From: Fistulifera solaris
Lineage: Eukaryota
Direction: 5' to 3'
Assembly (NCBI GenBank): GCA_030295235.1
Contig: AP026124.1
Location: 1,054,001 to 1,118,000 of the forward strand
Length of the DNA: 64,000 nucleotides
The translations under genes were made by a program, and so were the position numbers. Numbering within the stretch: position 1 is the stretch's first letter; every line of letters starts with the position of its first letter. Positions 47,913-60,240 of this stretch are shown here, piece after piece. The notes beneath the pieces are model-generated. The model was not told the origin of the DNA. It saw only the letters and a list, made by a program, of their open reading frames with translations, and made no database searches.

Positions 47913-49403
47913 ATGCGAAACTCTGAATCTTTTGAGACGATTGAGTCTCAGATTCTGGACTCCGCCACGCTGGTATCGCGCAATGATGAAGGGGACGATG
48001 GCGACGAGTCTCTGGAAAGAGATGTAGTCGATATAGATTTTGAGGACGACGGCATTCTTATTATGCCACCTGACTTTGAAGAGAAAAGTGATCACGACAG
48101 CAGTCTTTCGCTTCCAGAATCTGTACCCAGCACCGTTGGTAGTGTTACTGAGGCGAACAACAGAGAAGCGCAAGGCGATAACAAAGGACGAGGACAAGGA
48201 ATAGAGCACGAAGATGAAACAGAAGATACTAGAATCGAAAACGAGTTATCCGAAGAAAATCGCCATCGCCTTAGCAGCAGCGAACTTGTCTACGCGCGGT
48301 CTGGTATAACTTGGATAGGATACATGTGCTTCGTTGCTATGCTTTTTATCCATTTCTTGACATTCTACACGAAAGGTGCCGACATAACCCAATCCGCTAA
48401 CAGTTGCTCGCAGATTAGTTACAATGAAGCCCTTTCTAAAGTCGGTGTTTTGGAGAATCAGGTGCGCGATCTAGAAGCTGTACAGAAGGAAAACGAAGAG
48501 CTTCGAAAAAGGAACGCCCACTTGGACGATGTTATCCAGTCGATGGAGGAGATACAACGATCTATAACCGATAAAGCCCTTGCTAAAATCGACGTTTGGG
48601 AGAAAAAGAGGCGCGATCTAGAAGGTGTACAGAAGGAAAACGAAGAGCTTCGAAAAAGGAACGCCCACTTGGACGATGTCATCCAGTCGATGCAAAAGGT
48701 ACAACGATCAAACGACAGTCTTCGAACCAAAAACAAGATTCTAAAAGAACAACTAGAGTCGGAGGATTACTTTCGTTGTGAGAAGGAGAAGAATTTTACA
48801 GAAGTGATGAAGGAAGTGACCCGCCTAATGGACGGCGTGAACAAGAAAGTTCGTGACGCTCAAGTGACGAGGGAGGAAAAGTGTATGCAATCACTGGCAT
48901 CGCTCTCCGAAGAACGCGATCGTCTCTTAAGAAAAACCAGGCGTTTACAGGGACAGGTCAAGAAAATGAGAAAGAAGCTTGACCGCGAAGATGAGAACAC
49001 GAAGGAAGCGAAACGAAATGCAAAGGAATCGTTTCGTTGGGAGAATACTGACGAAACCAAGGGACCAATTATCGAGAACTGCTGGTTACAAGTAGGTCTT
49101 GGTGAGTGCTCAAAGGGCGCCAAAATCTCATTACACGAAGGCACTCAGAAAGTGACCGAGTCTCTGTGGAATGCCAAGAACACATTTTCTACCACATTGC
49201 GTGAGCTCAAAGAGGGACTCAAGGATAGTGCTTCGTCTTTGCTTTCTCGTAAACATGATAACGGGACAAATCATGATAAGGCATCCAGGAAGCATTACGA
49301 AAAGGTCGACGAGGAGTATGGCGACTATTATGACAAGTTCCAGGATGATATAATGGAGTTTGTCTCAAATAGCGTAGAATCGTTGAAAAGAACGAGCGCA
49401 TAG
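47913..49403 (+). CDS. Single-pass membrane coiled-coil protein with internal duplication
   Basis: 496-aa ORF with acidic N-terminus, TM segment ITWIGYMCFVAMLFIHFLTF, and coiled coil. Confidence 0.7.
   Translation: MRNSESFETIESQILDSATLVSRNDEGDDGDESLERDVVDIDFEDDGILIMPPDFEEKSDHDSSLSLPESVPSTVGSVTEANNREAQGDNKGRGQGIEHEDETEDTRIENELSEENRHRLSSSELVYARSGITWIGYMCFVAMLFIHFLTFYTKGADITQSANSCSQISYNEALSKVGVLENQVRDLEAVQKENEELRKRNAHLDDVIQSMEEIQRSITDKALAKIDVWEKKRRDLEGVQKENEELRKRNAHLDDVIQSMQKVQRSNDSLRTKNKILKEQLESEDYFRCEKEKNFTEVMKEVTRLMDGVNKKVRDAQVTREEKCMQSLASLSEERDRLLRKTRRLQGQVKKMRKKLDREDENTKEAKRNAKESFRWENTDETKGPIIENCWLQVGLGECSKGAKISLHEGTQKVTESLWNAKNTFSTTLRELKEGLKDSASSLLSRKHDNGTNHDKASRKHYEKVDEEYGDYYDKFQDDIMEFVSNSVESLKRTSA
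48464..48709 (+). repeat. In-frame direct repeat (~99 bp, period 147 bp)
   Basis: GCGCGATCTAGAAG...CAACGATC at 48464-48562 and 48611-48709. Confidence 0.9.
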
Positions 49404-49881
49404 TAAGTATCGGAAACACGGCCAAGTCGGTCTTGACTGGGGTCGTATTTGCGGCAGCGGCTTCCTTGATTGTTTCTAGTACTTTTGTCGGCGGGATTTT
49501 TTGGCGAAGATGGTGAAGAGAGCAATACTTGAATACCTAAAGTAAGCTGGATGTCTATATGATCGATCTCTATCATCTCGTACATCATAAAACTACGAGA
49601 TACCAGCGATCTGTCTATACTCCATTGTAAATCGCATGGTTATCCTTAGCTGAAGGGTCAACGGACAGCAGTACACTTTTACGCATCGTACCGGCACTAC
49701 CTTTTTACTGTTTTGTCGTGATCGGCAGTTGGATGCGTGTTGGATTTTTAACTTGCTGTTTGTTCGAGCATTGCACGTCTTTCTTTTACCAAGTTTGCTA
49801 GTCAGTGGTCAGTGCTAAGCGATCAAAATTTGTTTCATTGCAACATACTTTGCTGAACTGTCACTTTAAATCAAAGAGAGA

Positions 49882-52230
49882 ATGAGTGGGGCTACACTCG
49901 ACAGAACCGAGCAAATTTCGTTCCGCATGGACGAGGAGGAACTGGGTAGGTATCTGCCAGTGGTGAAAAAGGGTGAAATACAGCGCGAGTTTGAACCCGA
50001 AGATATGCCCCGTGTCCTGGATTTTGATGGTGCTGTGGAAGCTCCGATTGATGGTACACTCATGTTTTGCGTAGAGGCTGGACAAGAAGAGACGAAGTTT
50101 TACACCTATCACTTTTGTTTGCGTGGTGGATTTCTGTTTTACTTTGATATCGAAGATGTTGACGACAATGCCGGCCCATACGTAACCTACCACGGTCCTC
50201 CGAAGGGCGTCGTCCCATTGGATAACGTGGAAGTAGATTACCCACCCGGAGGACGCCGATTGTTTCGGGAGCATGCTCAGTCCGAAGCGAGCCGCGGTTA
50301 CGAAATTGTAATGCGGCACGAACCAGCGGAAGAGGGAGAAGAATTTAGAGCGCCTTCGTTCCTTGTCGCGGATAGTCTTACTAGAAGAGAGAAATGGGCT
50401 GACGCGATTCGGTCACGGAGCGAAATGAGATTACCGACTTTGCTACGAGCAGGATACAGCAGCGCGAGGACGGCAGCCACCGCTGTGGGTGCCAGCGACA
50501 CACCTGCTCCTTCCGCAACACAAAGCACCAAAGCTAGCGTCCGCAACGAAGAAAACATTGAGTTAAATAAACTGAGCTCGTCGAAAGGAGCTGCAGGAAA
50601 AGTATCGAATGTGCATCAGCAAGTACTTAGAGCGTCAGACGATACCAATTTAGCTGGTGCGGTGATTGAGTTCGGAACTGCCGATTTTGATGAGACCGCA
50701 TGGTTGAATCATTTCTTTCAGTCGCACAATGATGCCGATGCTGTTGCAAAATGTGAAGCAATGGAAAAGTGGCAAATGGATATGAAACGGGACTTGAAAG
50801 GTGCAGTGCTCGAACAATACGAATACTTCGTTCAGGCGTCAGGAGAAATGACAACTATGGGCCAAGAGGTTACAGCATTAAGAGACCAGATTGAAAAGCA
50901 GAAACTTATATTGAATGAAATGAAAACCATAGATTTTACCGGTTCTGCGAATGACGATGAAAGGGACGAAATAATGGGCAGAGAACAAGACGACGACGAC
51001 GAATTGCCAGAGGATGATCTTGATGCTGGAAGGTTCGGACGGAAGGGAGTAGATGAAAAAACGTTCTTTAGTGAATTATCGTCGCTTGATGAGGGCCTTG
51101 CGAGTGGACAACGACGTTCAAGAGATACAGAGGAAGAAGAGGATGTAGAGGACGCACCCCCTATAGACGTCCCTGATTGGCTCGACGACACGGTCGAAGA
51201 TATTGAATCGTTTGTCCGTGAATGTCGCTATTCTGACGCAATTGAGCTTTACTTGAAAGCGAAAAGCGAGATAGCCGATTTGATGGACAAGCACGAGAGA
51301 CCAACTGCTTATCGTCTTACCTTGAAGCAGAGAGATACACTTCGATCGATCAAGAAACAACTTGAGGCACTTGGTCAAAAAATTAGTGATCGGCTGGAAG
51401 ATTCGCTTAGACGTCGTAATGAAGCGATCCGGCAGGTTTCTAAGCGTGAAAGAGGCGACATGGCCGCGTTGTTGATGCCTACCATTTCACCCTGCGCAAT
51501 CAACGACGACGCTCTGTATCTCCAGATGCTTGTGAAGATGGGCAGAAATAAAGAAGCAGCTGACGCTTTTATCGCGCGACGTTCTCTTGTCCTTCTCGAT
51601 ACTCTCAATGAAAGTCCAATATCTGGAGCTGGGTCTGTTGATTTGGTTATTTACGCCGCCCAGCTTAGTCAATCTTTCTTTTCATCACTTGCCAGTTCGG
51701 TTGAAAGCTTTCTCGATCTTTTTCTCAGCTCGCACTCCAATATGAACGGAGAAGCGAACGAGGATCTCAGTATGGACGCCTCATCTCTACAATCATTGTC
51801 ATCCAAGAACCTTCCGGCGGGGGCCACGGCATCAGTTGTTCTTTGGTGCGATGCCGAACTCACAAAATTTGCTAATGCTTTTGGAGGAGCGCGGATTCTC
51901 TCAAATTTAGCTTTAAGTCCGCCACCCCGGGATGAGCCAAAGAAACCAAGGGTTGTTGGCGGAGGACCAGCTGAAGACGGGATGAAAGACAGAAAGTCTG
52001 CGCTCGATGTTGCCGCTCAATGTATCGACCAAGCATTTAGTTATGCAGCAGCCAATTTAGATGGAGTTGGACTTCCGTTGACCCCAAGATTAGCGGAGTG
52101 TATTCGGGCTAGATTGAAAGGGTGCGAAGCTGAGATTTCCCTGTTGCTGGATGACAAGTGGGACCATCTGACAAAGACCTGGCGAAGCGGTGGCGAGGAG
52201 TTGAACGGTAGTGATCACATGGGTTTATAA
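49882..52230 (+). CDS. EXO84: Exocyst subunit Exo84/EXOC8-like with N-terminal PH domain
   Basis: PH-like segment (LRGGFLFYF, PKGVVPL, REKWADAI), Vps51-like helix (LKGAVLEQYEYFVQASGEM), and WL.D..EDIE.FV.E.RY..AIEL. Confidence 0.7.
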   Translation: MSGATLDRTEQISFRMDEEELGRYLPVVKKGEIQREFEPEDMPRVLDFDGAVEAPIDGTLMFCVEAGQEETKFYTYHFCLRGGFLFYFDIEDVDDNAGPYVTYHGPPKGVVPLDNVEVDYPPGGRRLFREHAQSEASRGYEIVMRHEPAEEGEEFRAPSFLVADSLTRREKWADAIRSRSEMRLPTLLRAGYSSARTAATAVGASDTPAPSATQSTKASVRNEENIELNKLSSSKGAAGKVSNVHQQVLRASDDTNLAGAVIEFGTADFDETAWLNHFFQSHNDADAVAKCEAMEKWQMDMKRDLKGAVLEQYEYFVQASGEMTTMGQEVTALRDQIEKQKLILNEMKTIDFTGSANDDERDEIMGREQDDDDELPEDDLDAGRFGRKGVDEKTFFSELSSLDEGLASGQRRSRDTEEEEDVEDAPPIDVPDWLDDTVEDIESFVRECRYSDAIELYLKAKSEIADLMDKHERPTAYRLTLKQRDTLRSIKKQLEALGQKISDRLEDSLRRRNEAIRQVSKRERGDMAALLMPTISPCAINDDALYLQMLVKMGRNKEAADAFIARRSLVLLDTLNESPISGAGSVDLVIYAAQLSQSFFSSLASSVESFLDLFLSSHSNMNGEANEDLSMDASSLQSLSSKNLPAGATASVVLWCDAELTKFANAFGGARILSNLALSPPPRDEPKKPRVVGGGPAEDGMKDRKSALDVAAQCIDQAFSYAAANLDGVGLPLTPRLAECIRARLKGCEAEISLLLDDKWDHLTKTWRSGGEELNGSDHMGL

Positions 52231-52306
52231 TAGCAAAGAGACTGCATTGCATGCGATCGTAGTAGAATTAAATCAACGTTTAAACTAGTTTACGTACGTC
52301 GTCACA

Positions 52307-52585
52307 TCAAATCAGTCCATCATCAATGTCTTCATTGGGAACAAGTTGCATATCACCAAGAACTTGACTCGCTTGCTGATACCTGATATCTAGAAGTCTT
52401 TGTTGACGACGTAGACGCCATCTTGCGTAAAGACGCCATAAGACAAAAACACCGACAATGCAAAATAAGAACAACAACCCAAAATATCTTTGTGCGTCGT
52501 CGTCTAAAGGCTTATTGGGTGCGGATGTTGGAGCAATGGTTGGTGGAAATGTTTCTTCATCTCCTTCCAGCTTTCTTGGAATCAT
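52307..52585 (-). CDS. Small single-pass membrane protein (5' end uncertain)
   Basis: PTIAPTSAP stalk, TM segment YFGLLFLFCIVGVFVLW, basic stop-transfer sequence. Confidence 0.6.
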   Translation of the reverse strand: MIPRKLEGDEETFPPTIAPTSAPNKPLDDDAQRYFGLLFLFCIVGVFVLWRLYARWRLRRQQRLLDIRYQQASQVLGDMQLVPNEDIDDGLI

Positions 52586-53496
52586 ACTATGTCGACGACA
52601 AAGTTAAGGCGCTGCTCTATCCTATTAAAATATGTCGTTTCCTTTCGATGATTCATTCGACTCTTGTGCAATGCGCGACAACAACTTCATCAAGAAGTCT
52701 CCGGGTACCCTTTGTCCATCAATATTCCCCTACGAGAGCTACGTGCAATCTACGTCGACATTAGAAGCGATACATCTTTCATCATTCCCTTTTCATTTTG
52801 ATTGCAAATTGATGTCGATTAGTGATTATTGGAAAGAATGTCCAAGTCGGAGAAAGCGAGGATGGCGTTGGTGCAAACAGACCCACAATTTGATGAGGTC
52901 GAAGTTACCCAATTTCGGGTACGGAGTTTCCAGTTGATAGCTCTTATGTCGGTATATTCCTATGTGTGCTACGTGAAACCTTAGTTATTACGATCTCTAA
53001 TGCTATGCAAAAACAAACGAAGGAGTTTTCAGCATTTTAAGGACCAGGTACAAGTAAAGGGCTCGGTCACTATACATCGACATCATTATTTCTGTCCTTT
53101 TGAATATTGCACAATTATTTGAAATGGCTGTTGCAATAGTACTATTTTGGAAATGACCTTTATAATTTCAGTATTTTATCTCTTTGCGAGAAAACGACAC
53201 AAGAAAAACGTTTTTATTTGTATAATTGGCAGCTTGGCTTTGACTGGCACCCGTACGACACTGCTACTATAACTGTAAAATCTAGAGAAAGGACATTATG
53301 CGGTCAACAAATTTTCAGGGCAAGATTGCAAAAAGCGATACGATCGATGAAGCGAAACGGTTTACGAACACTAAACTATTTATTCCTATTTTCATTATTC
53401 TCCACAAGTAAGGGGCGTCAACGCTTTCTTCATCGCTTTTAACTCACAATTTCCTTTCTTTGACTATCATCATTTTTACAAGAAAAAGCAGTAAAA

Positions 53497-54098
53497 ATGG
53501 ACGACTTTGATATGGGATTACTCGATGACACGGAGTACATGAAGACCGTGTTGCGCCAGAAGATGCTTGGTATAGCACCTGTCTTCCTTTATCGCGTGCC
53601 GAAGGAAAAAGCCCCTGGGGTTGAATATTTGTGAGTCTGAAAGTTGTATGCTTTTATTTTTGTCATAAATTTGCTCACATCGTTCAACTGCCCTATTATA
53701 TTTCGCTCGAAAGAGCCGACGAGTGGAATCTAAAAAAGCCATTGCAACAATGTTCGTTACGCATCGAGCGTCGCGGAGATGTTCTCTTGATCGTATTTAC
53801 ATTCAGAAAAGAAGATATGAAGGGAAGTGCTCTGTTTGCTTTGTGTAAGATTGACTTGGTTAATACGACTTTGCCCATCGTCCATTGGGTTCAACCCGTT
53901 GGTGATTCTTCGAGGTATTTTGCCGTTCGAGTAGAAGACGAGAAAGGAGGTCGAGAAGCTGTCATCGGTTTAGGATTCCGGGAGCGAGAGGAAGCGGAAG
54001 ACTTTTGTCAATGTTTGGCGAACTACTCAAATGCTATTGCGCGTGAGCGCTTGGAGCATGCAATGGAGATGGTCGAAGACGTCGACGAAGATGTCTAA
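53497..54098 (+). CDS. NECAP: NECAP-like adaptin ear-binding protein (PHear domain)
   Basis: VFLYRVP, ADEWNL, DSSRYFAVRV, IGLGFRER.EA.DF. Intron 53631-53713. Confidence 0.85.
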
Positions 54099-54627
54099 AG
54101 CTTTTTGTCTTTTCATTTCCATGTTTTCGATCTCTTGATACTTGAAGTAACCTTATAAATATCATAAACTCCTTACGTTGTCTCGCATTTATGACTAGGT
54201 GTGCTTTCTACGATTGAGCCTGTTACGGTGCAACCTCTGTGTTTACTCATGGCTTATCAACGTCTCTACCTAAATCTGAGAGATGGGCTACGAAAGGATC
54301 AAAGGTCCCCCCTTAGCAGGATTTGAGGATTAGCCTTTCTATGGCTTCGGTCACGTTTAGGGTCATTCACATTCTATTATTTCTTTGACATTCGAAGTTC
54401 TAAGGCTAATATTTTTTAACTGTCAAGCGTATAGTGACAGGTCATAGTCACTGTCATCCGACGACGACAAGCGGGAAATTTTTTCCACCTCGATAAACTG
54501 ATGGCAGGGATGTTTTGAACAACAACATACTTTTGGTTGTGGTGATTTGTCTGCTGATCTTATTATCGTCATCTTTGCTGTGGTGTGATTGAATTCGTCT
54601 GTGGAAAAACTCGAGATCCGTCCAAGA

Positions 54628-55561
54628 ATGTCGGATAGCGATGACTCCTCCGACTCCTCTTCGGATTCCGATGGACCCTCGGCGCTCTCCGCGTTCATGA
54701 GTCGCCAGACGAAAAAGCGTGGAGACATAACAGCGTATAAAGGCTTTGAGGAAGACGATGACGGCTCTATCGCTCAGAAAATGAGAGCAGTTCTCGCTTT
54801 AAGAGAGTCCTTGGGCATTGATAACGACATTACCTTTTTGAAAGAGCAGGAAGAAAGGGAAAAGGAGAAAAAACGACTAGAAAGCATGACATTAGAAGAA
54901 CGAATGAAAATGGAAGAAGAGCAGGCTGGTGATATCATGGCAAAAATTCGCGCGCGTCAGGCCGAGAAGCAAAAGGAGCTTGATGCCCAAAAGGCAACAC
55001 AAGCAGAGGCTCGGGCGGCACTTGAAGCACAGTCTTCACCGTCAGCCGAGCCTGAGACGACCACAGATGACGCGGAAGCTGAGGGAGTCAAAAAGAAGAA
55101 AAAAGAAGAAGAAAGCGGATGGAGCTGAAGAGGAAGCGGAGAAAGAACCAGAAGGCAATGGAAACAACAAAACGAAAAAGAAGAAGAAAGACGTCGCTGA
55201 CGATGGATCAGATAATGAAGCCGAGAAGGACGAAAAGAAGAAGAAAAATCAAAACGAAAAAGAAGTCAGAGTCCAATGATGATGAACCAGAGGGTACCGA
55301 AGAGAAGAAAAAGAAGAAGAAAAAAGAAGCCGACGGATAGTACTGATGGTGAACCGACGGAGGAAGAAGAAACAGGCGAGACGAAGAAAAAGAAAAAAAG
55401 TAAAAAAGAAGACTGACGAAGAACCTGGAGAAGGCGACGATGGTGGCGAAAAGAAGAAAAAGAAGAAGAAACCTAAGGATGGTGAGGCTGACGCCGAAGC
55501 TGCTGACGCTGAGGGGGAGAAAAAGAAGAAAAAGAAAAAGAAGAAAGATGAGGAGGAATAA
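54628..55561 (+). CDS. Lys/Glu/Asp-rich low-complexity protein
   Basis: Four overlapping ORFs of alternating poly-K and acidic blocks, joined across A-runs. Confidence 0.65.
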
Positions 55562-55936
55562 TCTGTCTACATGCTAATTAGTGCAGCAATTGCTCTATAG
55601 AACTCTACATACTGCTTGTGTTACACCGGGTCTTTCAGTTAGTTGAATTTGGGTATGACATTGTTCTGCGTATTCGACAGGCGACAGGCTTTATTACAGC
55701 TTTTCAATTTCGTGACTAAAATCAATCCAGGACACACCGTTTGTTTATAATGCGAAAACCGCTGCGGCTTTTTTTCAACGGCTCATCCGAAAGCCACGGC
55801 CTTTTTTCTGGCGTGCTCACTTTTTCGTAAAATAATGGTTAAATCGCTCAACGGCAGGTGTGCTTTGATCGTAGCTTTATCATATTGATCCCAACAAAAG
55901 CGAAACTGGAAAACAATTTGCTATTATCGACTACAA

Positions 55937-57131
55937 ATGAGAGCGCGACTACGGACGACATTTCTGCTTTTAATGGCCCTTCTTTCTTTCATCTCGCTTT
56001 TACAATTTTTCATTTTGTTGCAACCCTTGAACAATTCCGCCTCGCTAACAACAACAGCAGCAGCGCGGTTACTAGCAGGATTTGTAGAAACGACCTCTGA
56101 CTTTAGCTCTCGACCAAAGGACTCTCTGAAGGTTTCGATGGCAAGCCAGACGCACTCGCACCATTTTTTCCGACACATGATTTGTTTTCCCTACGACAAA
56201 GTCTCAAACAGCTCAGAGAGCAAAGACTTCCTACAAACTCAACTTTTAGCCGACGACCGTTCTTTTCGAGTAAAACTAATCAAAAGAAATTTGGCGTTTC
56301 GGCCAATCAAGGTGACATTGCGACAATAGACCTGGCGCCGTCGAACCAAACAGAGAATCGCATAATATATTTTCTTCATATTCACAAGAGTGCTGGGTCA
56401 ACCATGTGCATTGGAGCACAGACAAATGGCATGAAAACTTCCAACAAGAATTGCAATGTTCAAAGAGATCAACGGTGCTGCGGAGGCGGAGACGACCTTT
56501 CATCACAACAGACTTTTGCCTTGTCGACCACGAAGAATTTCGTGGCAAATGAACAAGACATGTACGACGCGATGGATCTAGAGCACTACCGATATGTTGT
56601 CACTCTACGAAATAGTCGCGATCGGTATCTGTCACATTGGAAGCACGTTGTTCGCGCATTCTATCCAAACTACACGACCGACTTTGTAACTTGGTGGCAA
56701 AATCAACCGGACAACTGGAATTTCCGTAAGATATGCGGTACGAGGTGCATGTCGGTACCAAAGTTCCAGATCACCGAAAGCTTGTTTCAATACACGGTAG
56801 ATAGACTCCAGAATTTTGAAGATATTCTTCTTTTGAGCGTTTCAATGAAACATTTGCGACATTCGCACAGAATGTGGGATGGAACAAAATGCCTCTCACC
56901 AAAGGCGGCAAGAAGAAGAATGTTACTTACCCTGACGCAGGAGGAGAATGGGATCCGCTGATGAGTGCACTCGATGACGCGCTCTATGAAATGGGAGAGG
57001 CACGAGTCCGGGGTGAATCCGGAACACTTTTATCAACAGGAACATTAGAAGCAGTTCATCGTTACTTCGAAACTGGCAAGGACCGCTTCTGCGATTCTCC
57101 CTGTTGCTCGAGTGTCTGTTCTGCTTATTAG
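55937..57131 (+). CDS. Golgi-type sulfotransferase-like protein
   Basis: N-terminal TM anchor; PAPS-binding-like motifs FLHIHKSAGST and VTLRNSRDRYLSHW. Two frameshifts (~56165, ~56832). Confidence 0.75.
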
Positions 57132-57671
57132 GCTAGAATAGGTTATGAAAAAATAACGATGTAATACGCACGGCACCTTTCGTTTGCAAGGGGCGGAACC
57201 TTTAGCTCGTCAGCCAACAGTAACTCTGGCGACTAATTTGTTACTATGCTATTAGCATATTTTTTTTCAATGTTCTTAACTTGTCAAGTGCCATTTACCC
57301 CTTGCGACGGTGAGGTTCCCTTCAGCAGCATTTACAATACTGAACGCCATTTCGTCTTCTTTTAATGCACTAGCTTGATAATATACGTTTTATTTTTGTC
57401 CTTAGAGCTAGAACGATTTCTTGTTTCTTACAGGCGCCAGCCATGGTTCAATGTTTCGAGCGACTGAAACGTTTCGACCTTGGTTCCCGATTGAACGTGA
57501 CTCCAAAAGTCATTGTAAACGTCAAACTTATTCTGGGCGCGCAACGGTTGTTGCACGAATCATCAGCACTATAATAAAAAACCAACGAAACGGCATTGCG
57601 CATTGTGCATCAACTCTTCTTTCTCAGTAATTCTTCGTCATTACAGCGATATTCGAGTCTCTTCTGTCAAC

Positions 57672-59428
57672 ATGTCGATAAAAGATAGATCGAATATACC
57701 GAGCGTCATCTGCGCTCTGATGGCGAGTCTTACCACCGGTGGAACGACCTATGCATTTGGGTTCTACGGAAATACATTGAAAAAGACATTAGATTTGACA
57801 CAAGGACAGATAGGAGCCATCTCCACATCGTTCTTTTGTGCTGGACTGTTTAGCTGGATACCAGGCCTTTGTGCGGATAAGTTAGGGACGAAGTTCTCCA
57901 TTGCACTGGGGGGGATGTTTGGGGGCGGCCTCGTTACTCGAGTTCTGGGCCGTGTCACGTCAGTTTGTGATCATCGAACGGCAATTACTTGTTCCTCTAC
58001 TCTCTGTTTTAAGTGTCATGATATTCTTGTCCAACGCTATGGTGACAGGTTCTGTTTTTAAAATTATTGCCGCCACATGTGGACACGGTAGCAAAGGCTC
58101 GGTGGTGGGCATTGCGAAAGGATACGTCGGCCTCGGTGCGGCAATGTACGGAGGTCTTTTTGAGTCCCTTCGGCAAAAAAAATCAAAGTGATCTTGATTT
58201 TATACCTATGGCGGCTTTCTTTGCTATCGTTTGTGCGGTAATACCTGCAGTGACTGTCCTGCCAACGAAGCAACAAGTCGACTCAACATCGTTTCAAGAC
58301 AATTTAACTCCGTTGCACTTCCGGATACTGTTTTGCTCGCTGATTACTATGGCGATTCTAGTCGCAGGAAGTAGCTTATTATCATTGTTTCAACAGAATG
58401 TAGACGCTTATGATGGAAACGACGAGTTGGATGATCTAGGACCGAATTACGGAATGTTCTTCGTCTTGGTCACAGTTTGGTTGGCCCCAATAATCGCTCT
58501 CCGCTACATTCCTACTAGCGCTACAAACGAAGGTGTCGAACTGACTATCCTTGATGACATGGACGAAGAAGAACACGACGAAGAAGGCAATTTTCGTGCA
58601 ACAACATCTCTCACAGAGCTTAAGGTGACAAGAGAAATGGACGCAGAGGGCGAGGAACACGATACATTGTTAAGAACAGATGATCAGGTCGACCTGAATG
58701 GAGAGGTTACACGCAAACCACTTTTAGGTGAAGATATGAATCTGTATCAGATGCTGCAGACGCCGACAGCTCTTCTCATGCTGTGGACTACAACCATTCT
58801 TGTGGGCTCAGGAACGGTGGAGACGAACAATATGGGAGAAATGGTTGAAGCGTTGGGCTTGGCCAAATCCGTAGGCCCCGCATCTATGACACTTTTTTCG
58901 GTGGCGCAGTGTGCGTCTCGTGTTCTGACCGGTGTCATTTCGGAATCCGCTCTCCAATGGAATGTGAGAGGTTTCGGCATGGACAAGGGTATTCCGCGTC
59001 CGATGTTTTTGGTATTTGCATCCATACTTGGTTTCACGGCACATTTGACTCTGGGATTCGCAAGAAATAAGTTTTTCTTCGTTTTGGGTGCTGCTCTGTC
59101 CGGTGGCGCGTTCGGAATGGTTTGGCCCATGTTGGTATTAGTAACCGGAGAATTGTTTGGAACCGGCAACGTTGGTGCAAATTATATGTTTTTCGATGGC
59201 TTCACTTCTGCCACTGGTACGCTGCTCTTATCGCAAGTTGTGGCTCAACGCGTATACGAGAAGCACATTGATGCCAAAAGTGAAGACACGACAACTTGCA
59301 TAGGTATGGCTTGTTTCCGTCAAACGCACTTGATCATAGCCGCGCTCATAGTGAGCTGTATGGCGACGAGTCTAGCAACTGTTTACGCTTCTCGACATGT
59401 GTACAATAAGCGACTGCATTCGCCATGA
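57672..59428 (+). CDS. Nodulin-like (NFD4/MCH1-type) MFS transporter
   Basis: GTTYAFGFYG.TLK, GSVVGIAKGYVGLG, ELFG..NVGANY, C.G.ACFR. Frameshifts at 57921-57925 and 58175-58182. Confidence 0.85.
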
Positions 59429-59589
59429 TTTCATGGCAAGAAACTGCCTAGCTGGGTAGCAACTGGCTGCTACATCAAAACCACCTAAAATTCAAAAATG
59501 TGCTTTTGAATAATACTGTTTTAGTCTTCTCGATAATCCCGTGTCGTGGGTCATTTTAGTTTCAGTACGTTCGCAGGTTCATTCATAGA

Positions 59590-60180
59590 ATTGACTTGCG
59601 TTCTCGCTTAAGAAAACAGCCTAAGATCGGTAACAGTTTATAACCTTAGCCCGAAAATGTTGCTTCGTGACTGAAATGCTGTCGTGGCGAAAAAAGGACA
59701 GCACTCATTTGGGCCCACAATAAGTACGGAAGACAACAATATTCAAAGTATTTCGACATAAAGCAGCATATCGTACCTGCCAACATCATCGAAACGTAAT
59801 TGTTTAGTAAATCGACAATTGTAGCTTATTTTGCTGGAACAATGAACGAAGGTTCGGTAGCAAGCCGTCTCGAAAAAATATGGACTCATGACTGAAGTGC
59901 AGTCGTGATAAAGTTGATTTTCCGCGATGGATTTTAGCCTCTAGAGTCAACATTACCATTGATAATCCGCCAGAAGGTTCAATAGTCTATTGAGAATCGT
60001 CTCGCGTGCTGTAGTCAAGCTGAAGGTACCATCATTGTTTTTATGCCTAATATAGCTACTGGTAACGAAACTAGCACAACGAATGGTTTTCTTGTGGTTA
60101 GACGGTCAGACGTCTCGCAATTTTTGAATTCATGACTGAACTGCAGTCGTGGAAAAGATCGTGAACACATAAGCCTATAG
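59590..60180 (+). repeat. Three diverged tandem units of the ~220-bp repeat family
   Basis: Cores at 59664, 59885 and 60129. ACAATTGTAG and AACGAAGGTTCGGT.GCA are shared with the reverse complement of 21385-21825. Confidence 0.8.
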
Positions 60181-60240
60181 TCCATGCTAACGCATCATCA
60201 CTGCGACATTATCCAGCTATACACAAACGTAATGCGTGCG

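Noticed and set aside
59664..59687. Hairpin core as a hammerhead ribozyme, C/D snoRNA or SECIS element
   Set aside because: It lacks the CUGANGA/GAAA core, a proper box C (RUGAUGA) and SECIS stem geometry.
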